From: Candidatus Minusculum obligatum
GTDB lineage: Bacteria > Patescibacteriota > Minisyncoccia > Phycocordibacterales > Phycocordibacteraceae
NCBI GenBank assembly: GCA_002331145.1
Contig: DCYT01000001.1
Coordinates: 154,002-218,001, forward strand
DNA: 64,000 bases
Reading direction: 5' to 3'
Below the pieces are notes generated by a model. It saw only the letters and a program-made list of their open reading frames with translations, made no database searches and was not told where the DNA came from. Shown here piece by piece: positions 45,867 through 57,077 of the stretch. Numbering within the stretch: position 1 is the stretch's first letter; each line of letters begins with the position of its first letter. The translations under genes and the position numbers were made by a program.

Positions 45867-48029
45867 ATGAGCAAACTAGTAATTGTAGAGTCGCCTGCAA
45901 AGGCAAAGACAATTCAAAAGTATCTGGGAGATGATTTTGTAGTCCTTCCATCGGTTGGACACGTGCGAGATCTTCCCAAGAGTAACAAGGATGCCGTAGA
46001 CATTGAGGCAGGCTTTGTTCCTCGATATGTAAACTCTCCAAAAAAAGAAGAGGTTATTGCTGATATTAAAAAAGCAGCAAAGAAAGCAGACGAAATTTAT
46101 CTTGCTCCCGATCCCGACCGAGAAGGAGAAGCTATTGCTTGGCACGTAAAAGAAGCAGCTGAAATTAAAAAGGCAAAGCGAGTTGTGTTCCACGAGATTA
46201 CAAAAGACGCTGTGCTTGAAGCAATGAAGCATCCTCGTGCTATTGATGAGAACCTATTACGAGCTCAAGAAGCTCGGCGTGTTCTTGATCGACTTGTAGG
46301 ATATGACCTCTCTGGTCTTATCTGGAAGAAGGTTCGATACGGACTCTCAGCAGGACGAGTACAGTCCCCTGCACTTCGTATCCTTATGGAGCGAGAGCGA
46401 GAGATCCGAGCATTTATTCCTGAGACATATTTTGTACTAGAAGCACTCTTTAAATCAGCTGCAGGAAAATTTGAAGCAACTGGAACCGAAGAGCCCAAAG
46501 AAGCAAAGGAAGCAGATAGAATTCTAAAAGAAGCTAAAGAGGGTTCTTGGAGTGTAGAGAGTGTTACTGAGACAAAACAAAATAGGCAGCCAAAGCCACC
46601 CTTTACTACCTCTACTATTCAGCAGGTAGCTTCAACTCGTCTTGGCTTCTCTCCGAGCAGAACTATGCGCGCAGCACAGAAGCTGTATGAAGCGGGACGT
46701 ATTACCTACATGCGAACAGACAGCACAACTCTTTCAAAGGAAGCAATTGGGCAAATCTCTACTGCAATTGAAAAAGAATACGGAAAAGAAAATCTTGAGG
46801 TAAAGGCATTTAAAACAACTTCAAAAAATGCTCAAGAAGCTCACGAAGCCATTCGTCCAACAGACGCACTCCGCGCCACAGCTGGAAGGACTGATGATGA
46901 AAAGCGGCTGTACCAACTTATCCGTACACGAACACTAGCTTCTCAAATGATCCCAGCTGAACTTATGCGAACAAAGATTGTGGCAGTATGTGATAAAGAT
47001 ATTCCTACATTTGCTGCAACTGGATCACGAGTACTAAATCCAGGATGGTTGGCTTGTGATACTGAAGCACGAGGAGAAGATAAAGAGCTTCCAAAGGTTG
47101 CAGATGGAGATAAGCTTGATCTGGAAGATATTACATCTACTGAAAAGCAGACTGAGCCACCAAAACGCTACACAGAGGCTGGCCTTATTAAGGAGCTTGA
47201 GAAGCGTGGCATTGGACGACCTTCAACATATGCTTCAACTATTCGAACTATTGTTGATCGAGAATATGTAGAGAAAGTTGGACGAACACTCTTCCCAACT
47301 GCCACAGGAGATGTTGTTTCTAGTTTCCTAGAAGAGCACTTCACTGACTATGTAGATGATGACTTTACTGCAGAGATGGAAGATAAGCTTGATGATATTG
47401 CTGCTGGAAAGGCAAAGTACGAAAAGACTCTCAAGGATTTCTATGGACCATTCCAAAAGGCTGTAGATTCAAAAGAAGATATTCCAAAGCTAACAACTCT
47501 TGGAGATGCTCCAGAAGAATTCAAATGTCCAAAGTGTGGAAGCAACATGCACTTTAAGCTTGGGCGTGGAGGAATCTTTATGAGTTGTGACAAGTTCCCT
47601 GATTGTGATGGTATGCGAACACAAGAAGGTGAAGAAATCGCAGAAGATAAGCCAATCGGAACTCACCCTGAATCAGGAGAAGAGATTTTTGTACTTAGTG
47701 GACGATACGGGCCATACGTACAGCTTGGTGAAAAAACAGATAAAAACAAAAAACCTCGACGAGCTTCTGTTCCAAAAGACAAAGAACCTAAAGAAGTAAC
47801 TATAGAAGATGCAGTGAAATACCTCTCACTTCCTCGAGAGCTTGGAGAGCATCCTGATACTGGAGAGATGATTAGTGCGAGCATTGGACGCTTTGGGCCA
47901 TACATTGTGCATGAGAGTGACTTTAGGTCTCTTAAGACAGACGATGTATATACGATTGAGCTTAAACGAGCTCTGGAGATTTTAGCTGAACCAAAGAAGA
48001 AAAGGGGCGCAAAGAAGAAAGATAAATAA
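45867..48029 (+). CDS. topA: DNA topoisomerase I.
   Basis: Toprim domain LVIVESPAKAKTIQKYLG, a catalytic Tyr region and C-terminal zinc ribbons (CPKCGSNMHF...CDKFPDC). Confidence 0.9.
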   Translation: MSKLVIVESPAKAKTIQKYLGDDFVVLPSVGHVRDLPKSNKDAVDIEAGFVPRYVNSPKKEEVIADIKKAAKKADEIYLAPDPDREGEAIAWHVKEAAEIKKAKRVVFHEITKDAVLEAMKHPRAIDENLLRAQEARRVLDRLVGYDLSGLIWKKVRYGLSAGRVQSPALRILMEREREIRAFIPETYFVLEALFKSAAGKFEATGTEEPKEAKEADRILKEAKEGSWSVESVTETKQNRQPKPPFTTSTIQQVASTRLGFSPSRTMRAAQKLYEAGRITYMRTDSTTLSKEAIGQISTAIEKEYGKENLEVKAFKTTSKNAQEAHEAIRPTDALRATAGRTDDEKRLYQLIRTRTLASQMIPAELMRTKIVAVCDKDIPTFAATGSRVLNPGWLACDTEARGEDKELPKVADGDKLDLEDITSTEKQTEPPKRYTEAGLIKELEKRGIGRPSTYASTIRTIVDREYVEKVGRTLFPTATGDVVSSFLEEHFTDYVDDDFTAEMEDKLDDIAAGKAKYEKTLKDFYGPFQKAVDSKEDIPKLTTLGDAPEEFKCPKCGSNMHFKLGRGGIFMSCDKFPDCDGMRTQEGEEIAEDKPIGTHPESGEEIFVLSGRYGPYVQLGEKTDKNKKPRRASVPKDKEPKEVTIEDAVKYLSLPRELGEHPDTGEMISASIGRFGPYIVHESDFRSLKTDDVYTIELKRALEILAEPKKKRGAKKKDK

Positions 48030-48080
48030 AAAAATGCCGATCCCGGAGGATCGGCTTTATTTTTGGCAGCGAATTTATGT

Positions 48081-48254
48081 TACCCGCTATGATGCATTAC
48101 CCAACAGGGTTCTCCATCACAATATGTACAATTTTCCCTTCCGGGACAGGTGCTTGGCGGAGGAATCTGATCAGAGACATCCAGAACGTGTTCGTTCGGA
48201 CCGCCATCATCTACCAACTCAAGTTTAGGAGTTGGTTTTTCTGAAGAATCTGTC
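48081..48254 (-). CDS. Small Cys-containing hypothetical protein (GTG start; about 57 aa).
   Basis: RBS AGGAAAGGAGAG before the GTG. Sequence ...STCPGRENCTYCDGEPCW. Confidence 0.25.
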
Positions 48255-48441
48255 ACGCTACTCTCCTTTCCTTAAAATTGGGACACCTTGCCTGACTTGC
48301 AGCAATTTCTTCCTGCGGCAGAGGCTGTCCAGTTGAAGGACAATTCAGACAACAACCTCTTGCTTCTGAATCCTTAAAAACTTGAAGGCACCCAGTGCAA
48401 GCAAATTGTGACTGAGGTTTTTCCCTTTTGTTGCCACTCAT
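48253..48441 (-). CDS. Small Cys-rich (zinc-ribbon-like) hypothetical protein.
   Basis: 62 aa with CTGC...CLNC...C spacing. Confidence 0.3.
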   Translation of the reverse strand: MSGNKREKPQSQFACTGCLQVFKDSEARGCCLNCPSTGQPLPQEEIAASQARCPNFKERRVA

Positions 48442-48474
48442 GGTTTTCCCCTTGCCAATTTCCTGTTCGATAGT

Positions 48475-49992
48475 ATGCTAAATAATATGACATCCGTCAA
48501 GGAAATTCAAAAAGAGATGCAGGGAGCAAGTGAGAAAGAACTTGCACTCGTTAAAGAAGCATATGCTTTTGCAAAGAAAGCTCATGACGGACACACTCGA
48601 TATTCTGGAGAACCATACTTCATGCACCCTGCTGCTGTTGCAAAGAAATTGGCAGAATTTGGCGCTGATGGATCAGTTGTTGCTGCAGGACTATTGCACG
48701 ACACTGTAGAGGATGTAGGAGCAAGCGAAGAAGAGATTGAAAAACTTTTTGGCAAAGATGTTCGCTTTCTGGTGCACGGTGTTACTAAGCTTGGAAAGCA
48801 TAAGTACCGAGGAATGAAGCGGCACGCCGAAAGTTTGCGACGACTTCTTGTTGCTACTTCAGCTGATATCCGAGTACTTCTTATTAAGCTTGTTGATCGC
48901 TACCACAACATGACAACTATTGATCATGTGCCTGAGCGAAAGAGAAAGAGAATTGCAATTGAGACTCTTGAAATCTATGCTCCTATCGCAGACCGTCTTG
49001 GAATGGGACTTATGAAGCGAGACCTTGAAGATCTTTCATTCCCCCATGTTGATCCTGATGCATACACGCACACTCTTGAGGTAATGAAGCAAAAGAGTAA
49101 AGAAAATGAAGATGGTCTTAAAAAGATTCAGAGAACGCTTCGAAAAGAACTTGCGAAGGGCTCTATTACTGACTTCAGTACAGAGCTTCGAGTAAAAGGT
49201 TTATATAGCCTGTACCAAAAACTCGAGAGAAAAGATAAAGATATTACAAAGATTTTTGATATTGCCGCACTTCGCATCATTGTAAAAGATGTAAATGATT
49301 GTTATGCAACACTTGGAATTGTTCACAATCTCTTTAAGCCAATCCCAGGAAAAATCAAAGACTACATTGCTTTCCCCAAACCAAATGGATACCAAAGTCT
49401 TCACACAACAGTAATGACGGGAAACGCTGGAATTGTAGAGGTGCAAATTCGAACGGAAGAAATGCACCGTTCTGCAAAATACGGAATCGCATCTCATATT
49501 TCATACAAACAACTTGGAGATAGCAATAAGAAAACTTTTGAAACTCTTGCCCGCACATGGATGGGAGAACTTATTCCAAAGGTAAATAAAGAAGCTAAAC
49601 AAAGCGCCTCAACTCCAACTTGGATTGCAGACCTAGCAGAAGCACAAACTGCACTCTCAGAGAGTGACGAATTCCTACAGGGAGTAAAAGAAGATGTGAC
49701 AAGCTATCGAGTATTTGTATTTACCCCAAGAGGAGATGTGATTGATTTGCCTGTTGATTCAAGCCCTATTGATTTTGCATACGCTATTCATAGCGACATT
49801 GGAGACCATCTAGCCGGCGCAAAAGTAAACGGAAAGCTTGTCTCGCTTGATACAAAGCTAAAAAATGGAGATCGAGTTGAAATCATGACAAGAAAAAATG
49901 CCGCGCCAACTGAAAAGTGGCTCGACATGGTAAAGACATCAATTGCACGAAAGAGTATTCGACAGAAAACAGGAAAGAAACCTATACAGTAA
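48475..49992 (+). CDS. Short bifunctional (p)ppGpp synthetase/hydrolase (Rel/SpoT homolog, HD + synthetase + TGS).
   Basis: HD motif LLHDTVEDV, synthetase motif YQSLHTTV and a TGS domain near the C-terminus. Only 505 aa. Confidence 0.85.
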   Translation: MLNNMTSVKEIQKEMQGASEKELALVKEAYAFAKKAHDGHTRYSGEPYFMHPAAVAKKLAEFGADGSVVAAGLLHDTVEDVGASEEEIEKLFGKDVRFLVHGVTKLGKHKYRGMKRHAESLRRLLVATSADIRVLLIKLVDRYHNMTTIDHVPERKRKRIAIETLEIYAPIADRLGMGLMKRDLEDLSFPHVDPDAYTHTLEVMKQKSKENEDGLKKIQRTLRKELAKGSITDFSTELRVKGLYSLYQKLERKDKDITKIFDIAALRIIVKDVNDCYATLGIVHNLFKPIPGKIKDYIAFPKPNGYQSLHTTVMTGNAGIVEVQIRTEEMHRSAKYGIASHISYKQLGDSNKKTFETLARTWMGELIPKVNKEAKQSASTPTWIADLAEAQTALSESDEFLQGVKEDVTSYRVFVFTPRGDVIDLPVDSSPIDFAYAIHSDIGDHLAGAKVNGKLVSLDTKLKNGDRVEIMTRKNAAPTEKWLDMVKTSIARKSIRQKTGKKPIQ

Positions 49993-50950
49993 ATCCTGAG
50001 ATGTTGTAGAGATCATCATCCTTCTTCTCTTCTTTCTTTTCCTCCACAACGCCCTCAAGGGCGTTTTCTACATCTTCAACAATCTCTTCTTCTGAAAGCT
50101 CTTCCTCTTTTACAGCCTCCTCTGCAATGTGATTTCTAATCGCACTTAGATCATCTTCTGAGAAGAAATCAATAACCACCTTCCCTCCAGATTCAGCTCG
50201 TTCAATATGCACTCGTGTCCCAAGAGCATCTGAGAGTTCTTTTTCAAGCTTTTGTAATTCAGGAGAAAGATCATTCTTCCGAGTTTTCTCAACAGCAATG
50301 CGCCGCGCCAATTGCTCACTATCTCGCACTGAAATCTTTCGGGTAACAATCTCCTTATATAGGGTTGCTTGCTCATCAGGACGATCAGAAAGCATTAGGA
50401 GTGGCCTTGCATGTCCCTCAGTAATATTTTTACTTCGAATGGCTTCTTGCATCTCTTCAGGAAGTCCAAGGAGCCGAATACTGTTACTTACATACTCTCG
50501 ACTCTTCCCCATCTTCTTTCCAATCTCTGCATGAGTTAATTTAAATTTCTGTGCAAGAAGATCAAAGGCTTTTGCTCGATCTACAGCATTGAGGTCTTCT
50601 CTTTGAAGATTCTCAATAATCGCAAGCTCAAGCTTCATCTGACTATCCTCATTTTGAGTTCTAATCACTGCAGGAACCTCACGCAACCCTACAAGCTTTG
50701 AAGCTCGGAGCCTTCGCTCTCCAGCGATAAGCTCATAGCTTGTTTGAAGACCTCCATCTTCTTTTTCAGTTTCAGTACGAGTAACAACAAGTGGCTGCAA
50801 TACTCCATACTGCCGAATACTCTCTGCAAGAGTTTTTAGATTTAGCTCGTCAAATTCTTTCCGTGGTTGGTATGGATTAGGTTGAATTTTCTCTACCTCA
50901 ATCCAGAATACCGAATCATACCGCTGTGCTTCAGCTAATTTCGCGTCCAT
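49982..50950 (-). CDS. parB: Chromosome partitioning protein ParB/Spo0J.
   Basis: ParB box GERRLRASKLVGLREVPAVI plus HTH ...THAEIGKKMGKSREYVSNSIRLL. Confidence 0.9.
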   Translation of the reverse strand: MDAKLAEAQRYDSVFWIEVEKIQPNPYQPRKEFDELNLKTLAESIRQYGVLQPLVVTRTETEKEDGGLQTSYELIAGERRLRASKLVGLREVPAVIRTQNEDSQMKLELAIIENLQREDLNAVDRAKAFDLLAQKFKLTHAEIGKKMGKSREYVSNSIRLLGLPEEMQEAIRSKNITEGHARPLLMLSDRPDEQATLYKEIVTRKISVRDSEQLARRIAVEKTRKNDLSPELQKLEKELSDALGTRVHIERAESGGKVVIDFFSEDDLSAIRNHIAEEAVKEEELSEEEIVEDVENALEGVVEEKKEEKKDDDLYNISGFTV

Positions 50951-51015
50951 ATACAGCCAATTGTATCATATGTAATTTGCACCATTTAAGAACTTTACGT
51001 AGGATAACGTGTATT

Positions 51016-51097
51016 GCCGGGGTGGCGGAATTGGTATACGCGATAGATTCAAAACCTATTGCCGCAAGGCTTGAGGGTTCAAGTCCCTCTCCCGGCA
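51016..51097 (+). tRNA. tRNA-Leu (anticodon CAA), class II with a long variable arm.
   Basis: Manual fold GCCGGGG...anticodon loop TTCAAAA...variable arm TGCCGCAAGGCT...TPsiC GGTTCAAGTCC. Confidence 0.75.
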
Positions 51098-51149
51098 CAA
51101 ACAAGAAAAAGCGTCTTACGGCGCTTTTTCTTTTTGGTACAATAGGTCG

Positions 51150-51719
51150 ATGTCAAAACTCTATTTCTCTTACTCAGCAATGAATGCAGGAAAATCTACT
51201 GCCTTACTCCAAGTGGCACACAACTATGAGGAGCGTGGTATGAATGTGTATCTCCTTACCGCAAAAATGGATACTCGAGATGGACAAGGATTTATTTCTT
51301 CTCGCATTGGAATAAAACACGAGTGTGATACGTATGATGAAAAAGACAACCTCTTTGAAAAAGTAAAAGAACAAAATCCTATCTCTTGCGTTTTAATAGA
51401 TGAAGCACACTGGCTATCTCCAAAGCACGTTGATGAGCTTGCGCATGTTGCTGATGAGTTACATATTCCTGTTATGTGCTACGGACTTCGAACTGATTTT
51501 AAAGGAAATTTATTTCCAGGATCTGAGAGGCTACTTGCACTTGCCGATACTCTAAGAGAAATACGAACTATTTGTCATTGTGGAAAGAAAGCGACTATGG
51601 TGTTGCGACTTGGAGAGGATGGGAAAGTACTGCAAGACGGTCCACAAAATCAGGTTGGAGGAAACGAATCATACGTCTCTGTGTGTAGGAAACATTGGAA
51701 AGAGGCATTAAATAAATAA
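51150..51719 (+). CDS. tdk: Thymidine kinase.
   Basis: P-loop YFSYSAMNAGKST. The zinc ribbon CHCGKKAT...VCRKHW is typical of TK. Confidence 0.9.
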   Translation: MSKLYFSYSAMNAGKSTALLQVAHNYEERGMNVYLLTAKMDTRDGQGFISSRIGIKHECDTYDEKDNLFEKVKEQNPISCVLIDEAHWLSPKHVDELAHVADELHIPVMCYGLRTDFKGNLFPGSERLLALADTLREIRTICHCGKKATMVLRLGEDGKVLQDGPQNQVGGNESYVSVCRKHWKEALNK

Positions 51720-51745
51720 AAAAGCGCCCGAAGGCGCTTTTTTAT

Positions 51746-52279
51746 TTATGAGTTCTCTTTAAGATATTTGAGCATTGTATCTACATCAGATACCTCAAAT
51801 GGATCTTCCTCGCAGTTATCTTCAAATCCAGGCTCAATAAATGCCTTCTTGATTTCTCCATCTTCTACAAGTACAGAGTATCGCCAAGACCGCTCTCCAA
51901 ACCCAAGATTCTCTTTCTTTACGTTCATTCCCATCCCCCGAGTAAATTCAAGGTTTCCATCAGGAAGAAGGCGCACCTTATCTGCCCCAAGGTCCTTCCC
52001 CCATGCATTCATCACAAATGTGTCATTTACTGAAAGACAGTATGTGTGATCAATACCAAGCTCCTTTAACTCATCAAACTTCTCCTCATACCCTGGAAGA
52101 TGTGTTGAAGAACATGTTGGTGTAAATGCACCAGGCAGTGCAAACATTACAATCTTCTTTCCTTTAAAGATGTCGTCAGTTGTAATGTCTCTCCACTGAT
52201 ACTCTCCCGCATCATCCTTTGCTCTAATTTTGAAAGTCGTCTGTGGAACCTTCTTTCCTTCTAGTGCTGAACTATCCAT
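51746..52279 (-). CDS. Peroxiredoxin (Prx5/AhpC-TSA family).
   Basis: FALPGAFTPTCS carries the peroxidatic Cys motif. The likely start is an internal Met of the 198-aa ORF. Confidence 0.8.
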   Translation of the reverse strand: MDSSALEGKKVPQTTFKIRAKDDAGEYQWRDITTDDIFKGKKIVMFALPGAFTPTCSSTHLPGYEEKFDELKELGIDHTYCLSVNDTFVMNAWGKDLGADKVRLLPDGNLEFTRGMGMNVKKENLGFGERSWRYSVLVEDGEIKKAFIEPGFEDNCEEDPFEVSDVDTMLKYLKENS

Positions 52280-52308
52280 AATAATTTCTCTTAGTTTACT
52301 AATTTTGT

Positions 52309-53214
52309 ATGCGTAGTATAACGAAGCTAATGAAAGACGCAAAAGTTATTGCGATTGTTGGCCCAACAGCATCTGGAAAAACGTCTCTTGCTATAGAAAT
52401 TGCCAAGAAATATAACGGCGAGGTTATTTCTGTTGACTCAAGACAAGTGTATAAAACACTCGATATTGGAACTGAGAAAGTTACAGAAGAAGAAATGAGT
52501 GGAATCCCTCACCATATGATCGATATTGTAGAGCCAGAGGAAACTTTCTCTGTGCAAGAATTTCAAGAAATGGCGAAAGAGAAAATTGAAGACATTTTGT
52601 CTCGAAATAAACTTCCTATTCTGGCTGGAGGATCAGGGCAGTACATGGACGCTGTTTTATATGACGGAACATTTCCTATTGTCCCGCCAAACGAAAAACT
52701 TCGAGAAGAATTAAAGAACGTGCCAACTACAGCACTTTTTAAAATTCTAGAGTCACAAGATCCAGCACGAGCTGAAACTATAGACCCTAAAAATAAAAGA
52801 CGTCTTATTCGAGCCCTTGAAATAATTGAGGCTTTAGGAGAAGTTCCAAAAAAAGAGAAAGGAGAACTTCTTTACGACACGCTCTACTTAGGAATCGATA
52901 TTTCTCGAGAAGATATTCGAGAGAAAATAACAAAAAGACTTTCTGAAACTATGAAGAAAGGACTTATTAAAGAAACACGAGAACTTAGAGAACGTGTTGG
53001 TGACAAGCGCCTTGATGCATTTGGACTTGAGTATCGAGTTATAAAAGAATATTTAGACGAGACTATTGCGGAAGAAGATTTAATACCAAAACTTATCTCA
53101 GAACTTATGGGATATGCAAAACGACAAATGACGTGGTTTAAGAAAAATGAGGATATCGTTTGGGGGACGAGAGAAAAACTCTTAGAAGAATCCGAAAGTT
53201 TTCTTAGAAATTAA
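52309..53214 (+). CDS. miaA: tRNA dimethylallyltransferase.
   Basis: IAIVGPTASGKTSLAIEIAKK...ISVDSRQVYKTLDIGTEK. Confidence 0.9.
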   Translation: MRSITKLMKDAKVIAIVGPTASGKTSLAIEIAKKYNGEVISVDSRQVYKTLDIGTEKVTEEEMSGIPHHMIDIVEPEETFSVQEFQEMAKEKIEDILSRNKLPILAGGSGQYMDAVLYDGTFPIVPPNEKLREELKNVPTTALFKILESQDPARAETIDPKNKRRLIRALEIIEALGEVPKKEKGELLYDTLYLGIDISREDIREKITKRLSETMKKGLIKETRELRERVGDKRLDAFGLEYRVIKEYLDETIAEEDLIPKLISELMGYAKRQMTWFKKNEDIVWGTREKLLEESESFLRN

Positions 53215-54022
53215 CATCTACACACGTTCCATCATTATGGCAAGCTGCAGCATGACTTACTGTCTTTGGGTATGCTTCAGTTACTCTGAAATTTGGAACA
53301 TTTTCATCCAGATCTACTCTACTAAGAGCTTCGGCAAGAACCCTTGTTGCCATGTCTCCATCTTTTGTTGATATTCCATAGTCATTAAGATCTACACAAT
53401 CATGACATTCATCACTTCCTGTCCCACCAGAACCATATGAACTATAGACTGAGAAATGAGGTGATGTAATTCTTCGCACTTGCAACACATTTTCTGCAGG
53501 TACTCCAAAATCTATTAGAGCTTGTCTTTGTGATGCTCTAGAAACTTCATATATCGCACTTAACCCATTTGCCTGTGCTGTTGCAATAAAAGCTGCGACA
53601 TACCCAGCAAATTCTTCTGTGATGGAATCTGTTCCAATAAGACGGTTATCTGTACCTGGGTCTTGTGGAAAGATAAGAGATTCTTCACAAGCTTGTTTTT
53701 CAATCCCAAAGAAGCTATCCCAATCTCCGTATTCATTCTTATCTGCAAAGGTGCTCATAATAGTACTTACAATTAAGAAGCCTCCAAGAATAATGACAAA
53801 CCCAATAACGGCACTCATTGCCATGCTTCGAGCTTTTTGAATCGCCCCTGGATTTCCCTGACTTGTTATAAATAGAAAGCCAACATATACCAAGATAAGA
53901 ACAAGAACCATCGTTCCAAGGTAAATCATGAAATTCATGATGTTCTGCACAAGCTGCATGACATCTACAAAATCACATCCGCACAAAGAATCTCGACAAG
54001 CAGGTACAAGTTGTTCAAACAT
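53204..54022 (-). CDS. Hypothetical membrane-anchored protein (two N-terminal transmembrane helices; Cys-rich C-terminus).
   Basis: 272-aa ORF with no recognised domain. Confidence 0.4.
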   Translation of the reverse strand: MFEQLVPACRDSLCGCDFVDVMQLVQNIMNFMIYLGTMVLVLILVYVGFLFITSQGNPGAIQKARSMAMSAVIGFVIILGGFLIVSTIMSTFADKNEYGDWDSFFGIEKQACEESLIFPQDPGTDNRLIGTDSITEEFAGYVAAFIATAQANGLSAIYEVSRASQRQALIDFGVPAENVLQVRRITSPHFSVYSSYGSGGTGSDECHDCVDLNDYGISTKDGDMATRVLAEALSRVDLDENVPNFRVTEAYPKTVSHAAACHNDGTCVDVNF

Positions 54023-54074
54023 GCACTCATAATACCGCGAAAGAGCTCCTATCTGGAGCTCTTTCTGTTAATTG

Positions 54075-54145
54075 CGGGCGATGAGGGAATCGAACCCCCG
54101 ACTAAGGTTTTGGAGACCTTCATTATGCCACTTAACTAATCGCCC
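54075..54145 (-). tRNA. tRNA-Trp (anticodon CCA).
   Basis: Manual fold of the reverse complement GGGCGATTAGTTAAGTGG...CTCCAAA...GGTTCGATTCCC...ATCGCCCG. Confidence 0.7.
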
Positions 54146-54204
54146 TATACACAAACGCACGACAGTGTGCCGTGCGGAGAGTGTAGCATAAAGAAGAAAG
54201 AGTT

Positions 54205-54360
54205 CTACTTCTTCACTTCTGTATACATTACGTGCTTTCGAACCTTGGGATCGTACTTCTTAAGCTCAAGCTTTCGCTCTACACGCTTCTTATTCTTCCG
54301 AGTCCAATACATATGATCGGATTCGGTTGATTTCATTTTTGCCAAATGGTCTTGACTCAT
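54205..54360 (-). CDS. rpmG: 50S ribosomal protein L33.
   Basis: Unlisted 51-aa ORF MSQDHLAKMKSTESDHMYWTRKNKKRVERKLELKKYDPKVRKHVMYTEVKK. It matches the L33 pattern (…TxKNKR…KLELKK(Y/F)DPxVRKHV…). Confidence 0.75.
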   Translation of the reverse strand: MSQDHLAKMKSTESDHMYWTRKNKKRVERKLELKKYDPKVRKHVMYTEVKK

Positions 54361-54389
54361 AGTGCGGCTACTCTATCAAATTAAGGGAT

Positions 54390-57077
54390 TTACGCAACTG
54401 TTTTCACCTTTTTACTTACTGTTGCGGCTTTCTTTCGAGCTGTAAATGTAAGCTCATCTCCCTTAATTCCTACTGTTACAGACCCTCCTGCCATAAGCCC
54501 CTTATCTACCATAAGAGATGCGATTGGAGTTAGAAGCTTTGTTTGAATTACACGCCGCAATGGTCGCGCTCCATATTGTGGATTGTATCCTTTGGCAGCA
54601 AGCCAATCCTTAACTTTAGGAGCAATAGACAAGGCAATTTTCTTTTGTGAAAGTCGCTCAATAACATCTGCCACTTGCATGTCCACAATTTCTCGAAGCA
54701 CTTCCTTTGAAAGAGTCTTGAAGAAGACAATGTCATCTAGACGGTTCAAGAACTCTGGACGGAACTGCTCACGCAACTGCTTCATCACCTTCTCCCTTGC
54801 CTGCTCCTGCTGATCTTCCACCTCATGTGCTTCACTCTCATGCGTTGCAAAACCAATTGAACTCATCTTGTCGATATATTCAGCCCCAACATTTGAAGTT
54901 AGAATAACGATAGTATTTTTGAAGTTCACCTTCCTTCCCTTTCCATCTGTTAGGTGTCCACTATCTAGAACCTGAAGCAAGATATTAAACACTTCAGGGT
55001 GAGCCTTCTCAATCTCATCAAATAAGATCACCGAGTACGGACGATGTCGTACTTGCTCGGTTAGTGTTCCACTCTCTTCGTGTCCCACATACCCCGGAGG
55101 AGCTCCCACAAGCTTCGCTACGGAATGTTTTTCCATAAACTCACTCATATCTACACGAATAAGATTATCCGCGTCATTAAACATGAATTCTGTAAGACGA
55201 CGAGCAAGCTCTGTCTTTCCAACTCCTGTTGGCCCCAAGAACATAAATGATCCAATAGGGCGGTTTGGATCTGCAATTCCTACACGTGATCGCTTCACAG
55301 CATCAGCAACAGATTGAATTGCCTCATCTTGTCCTACAAGATTTTCCTTGAGGGCTTCTTCCATACGAGCAAGCTTCTGAGCTTCCTCCTCAAGCATTCG
55401 TGACACTGGGATACCAGTCCACCTTGAAACAACAGCTGCGATGTCTGATTCGGTAATTTCTTCCTTAAGAATTCGTCGAGACTTCTGAAGCGTCTTCATT
55501 CTCTTCATCTTTGTCTCAAGCTCCTTCTGAAGCACCGGGATCTTTCCATAACGAATCTCAGCTGCAGTACCAAGATCTGCAGTTGCCTCTGCTGCATCTG
55601 CCTGCTGCTTAAGTTCTCCAAGCTGTGTCTTCATACCTCGAATAGATTCAAGAACCTCCTTCTCATTCTTCCACTTAAGCTCAAGCTCACTTGTCTTCTC
55701 TTTTAGATCCGCAATGTCTTTTTCTACCTTTCGAATACGAGACTTGATCTCTTTCTCCATATCTTCATCCTGCAGATCCTTTGCAAGTGCTGCCTTTTCA
55801 ATCTCAAGACGACGAATCTTTCGATCTGTCTCTTCAAGCTCAACCGGCTTGTTCTCAAGCGCAATGCGAAGCATTGACCCTGACTCATCGATAAGATCAA
55901 CAGCCTTATCTGGAAGATGTCGCTCTGTTAGATATCGAGAAGATAATTCTACTGCTGCAACAATGGCGTCGTCTGTAATCCGAATACCGTGGAAGAGCTC
56001 GTACTTATCTCGAAGTCCTCGCAAAATAGCCACCGCGTCCTCAATACTTGGCTCATGTACATAAATTGGCTGGAAACGCCTGGTAAGAGCTGCATCCTTT
56101 TCAATATACTTTTGATACTCCTTAATAGTTGTGGCTCCAATAGTCCTGATCTCCCCACGAGCTAGCGCCGGCTTAAGCATCTCACTTGCTCCCATTGCGC
56201 CTTCTGCATTTCCAGCTCCCACAAGTGTGTGTAGCTCATCAATAAAGAGAAGCACCTTTCCTTCAGACTTCTCAACCTCTTTCATAATGCTCTTCATCCG
56301 CTCCTCAAACTCTCCTCGGTACTTTGTACCTGCAATCATCGCTCCAAGATCAAGCGAGAGAAGCTCTTTATCCTTTAGAGACTCAGGAATGTCACCTGAT
56401 GCTATTCGCTGTGCTAACCCTTCTGCAATGGCAGTCTTTCCAACTCCAGCTTCTCCAATAAGAACAGGGTTGTTCTTTGTTCTTCGAGAAAGAATCTGCA
56501 CAACACGATTAATCTCCTCATCACGTCCAATAACAGGATCAAGCTTATTGTCTTGAGCCATCTGCGTTAGATTTCGTGTGTACTTTGTAAGAGCCCTGAA
56601 TTTCTTTGGCTCTACAATCTCTCCCCCATTATTCTGCTTGATTTCAGAAAGCACATTAAGCGATGTCTCCTGATCAATAGTGAATCGCTGCAATAGATCA
56701 GCTGCAGGCCCTGGGTTCTCGATAAGAGCAATAAACAGGTGCTCTGTCCCAATAAATGAATCTCCTAGGTCTGACGCAATAGTTCCAGCATTTTCAAGAG
56801 CTTGTGCTAGATCTGGAGTTAAATAAAGCTGGTAGCTTGGAGAAAGTGTTGAAGCATTCTCTGGAGCTTCAAGCATCTCAAGCAATGAATCTGCAAGCAA
56901 AATGGCATCTACATCCATTTTATCTAGTACTGAAAATACGAGACTTTCCTCCTGCAATACAAGTGCAGCAAGAAGATGTACGGGGTTCACATGATTTTGC
57001 CCTCTCTCTATTGCAAGTTCATGTGCCTTTCGTACTGCCTCTTTCGCTTTGGTTGTGAAATTTTTAAATGGTTGCAT
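54390..57077 (-). CDS. clpB: Chaperone ClpB.
   Basis: Clp N-domain, two AAA+ modules ([13 protein letters not shown]; [12 protein letters not shown]) and a long middle coiled-coil. 895 aa. Confidence 0.9.
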   Translation of the reverse strand: MQPFKNFTTKAKEAVRKAHELAIERGQNHVNPVHLLAALVLQEESLVFSVLDKMDVDAILLADSLLEMLEAPENASTLSPSYQLYLTPDLAQALENAGTIASDLGDSFIGTEHLFIALIENPGPAADLLQRFTIDQETSLNVLSEIKQNNGGEIVEPKKFRALTKYTRNLTQMAQDNKLDPVIGRDEEINRVVQILSRRTKNNPVLIGEAGVGKTAIAEGLAQRIASGDIPESLKDKELLSLDLGAMIAGTKYRGEFEERMKSIMKEVEKSEGKVLLFIDELHTLVGAGNAEGAMGASEMLKPALARGEIRTIGATTIKEYQKYIEKDAALTRRFQPIYVHEPSIEDAVAILRGLRDKYELFHGIRITDDAIVAAVELSSRYLTERHLPDKAVDLIDESGSMLRIALENKPVELEETDRKIRRLEIEKAALAKDLQDEDMEKEIKSRIRKVEKDIADLKEKTSELELKWKNEKEVLESIRGMKTQLGELKQQADAAEATADLGTAAEIRYGKIPVLQKELETKMKRMKTLQKSRRILKEEITESDIAAVVSRWTGIPVSRMLEEEAQKLARMEEALKENLVGQDEAIQSVADAVKRSRVGIADPNRPIGSFMFLGPTGVGKTELARRLTEFMFNDADNLIRVDMSEFMEKHSVAKLVGAPPGYVGHEESGTLTEQVRHRPYSVILFDEIEKAHPEVFNILLQVLDSGHLTDGKGRKVNFKNTIVILTSNVGAEYIDKMSSIGFATHESEAHEVEDQQEQAREKVMKQLREQFRPEFLNRLDDIVFFKTLSKEVLREIVDMQVADVIERLSQKKIALSIAPKVKDWLAAKGYNPQYGARPLRRVIQTKLLTPIASLMVDKGLMAGGSVTVGIKGDELTFTARKKAATVSKKVKTVA

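Noticed and set aside
55714-56556. Ser-rich plus-strand ORFs (55714-56064, 56131-56556) within clpB
   Set aside because: They are antisense to the well-supported clpB gene, low-complexity, and not credible coding.
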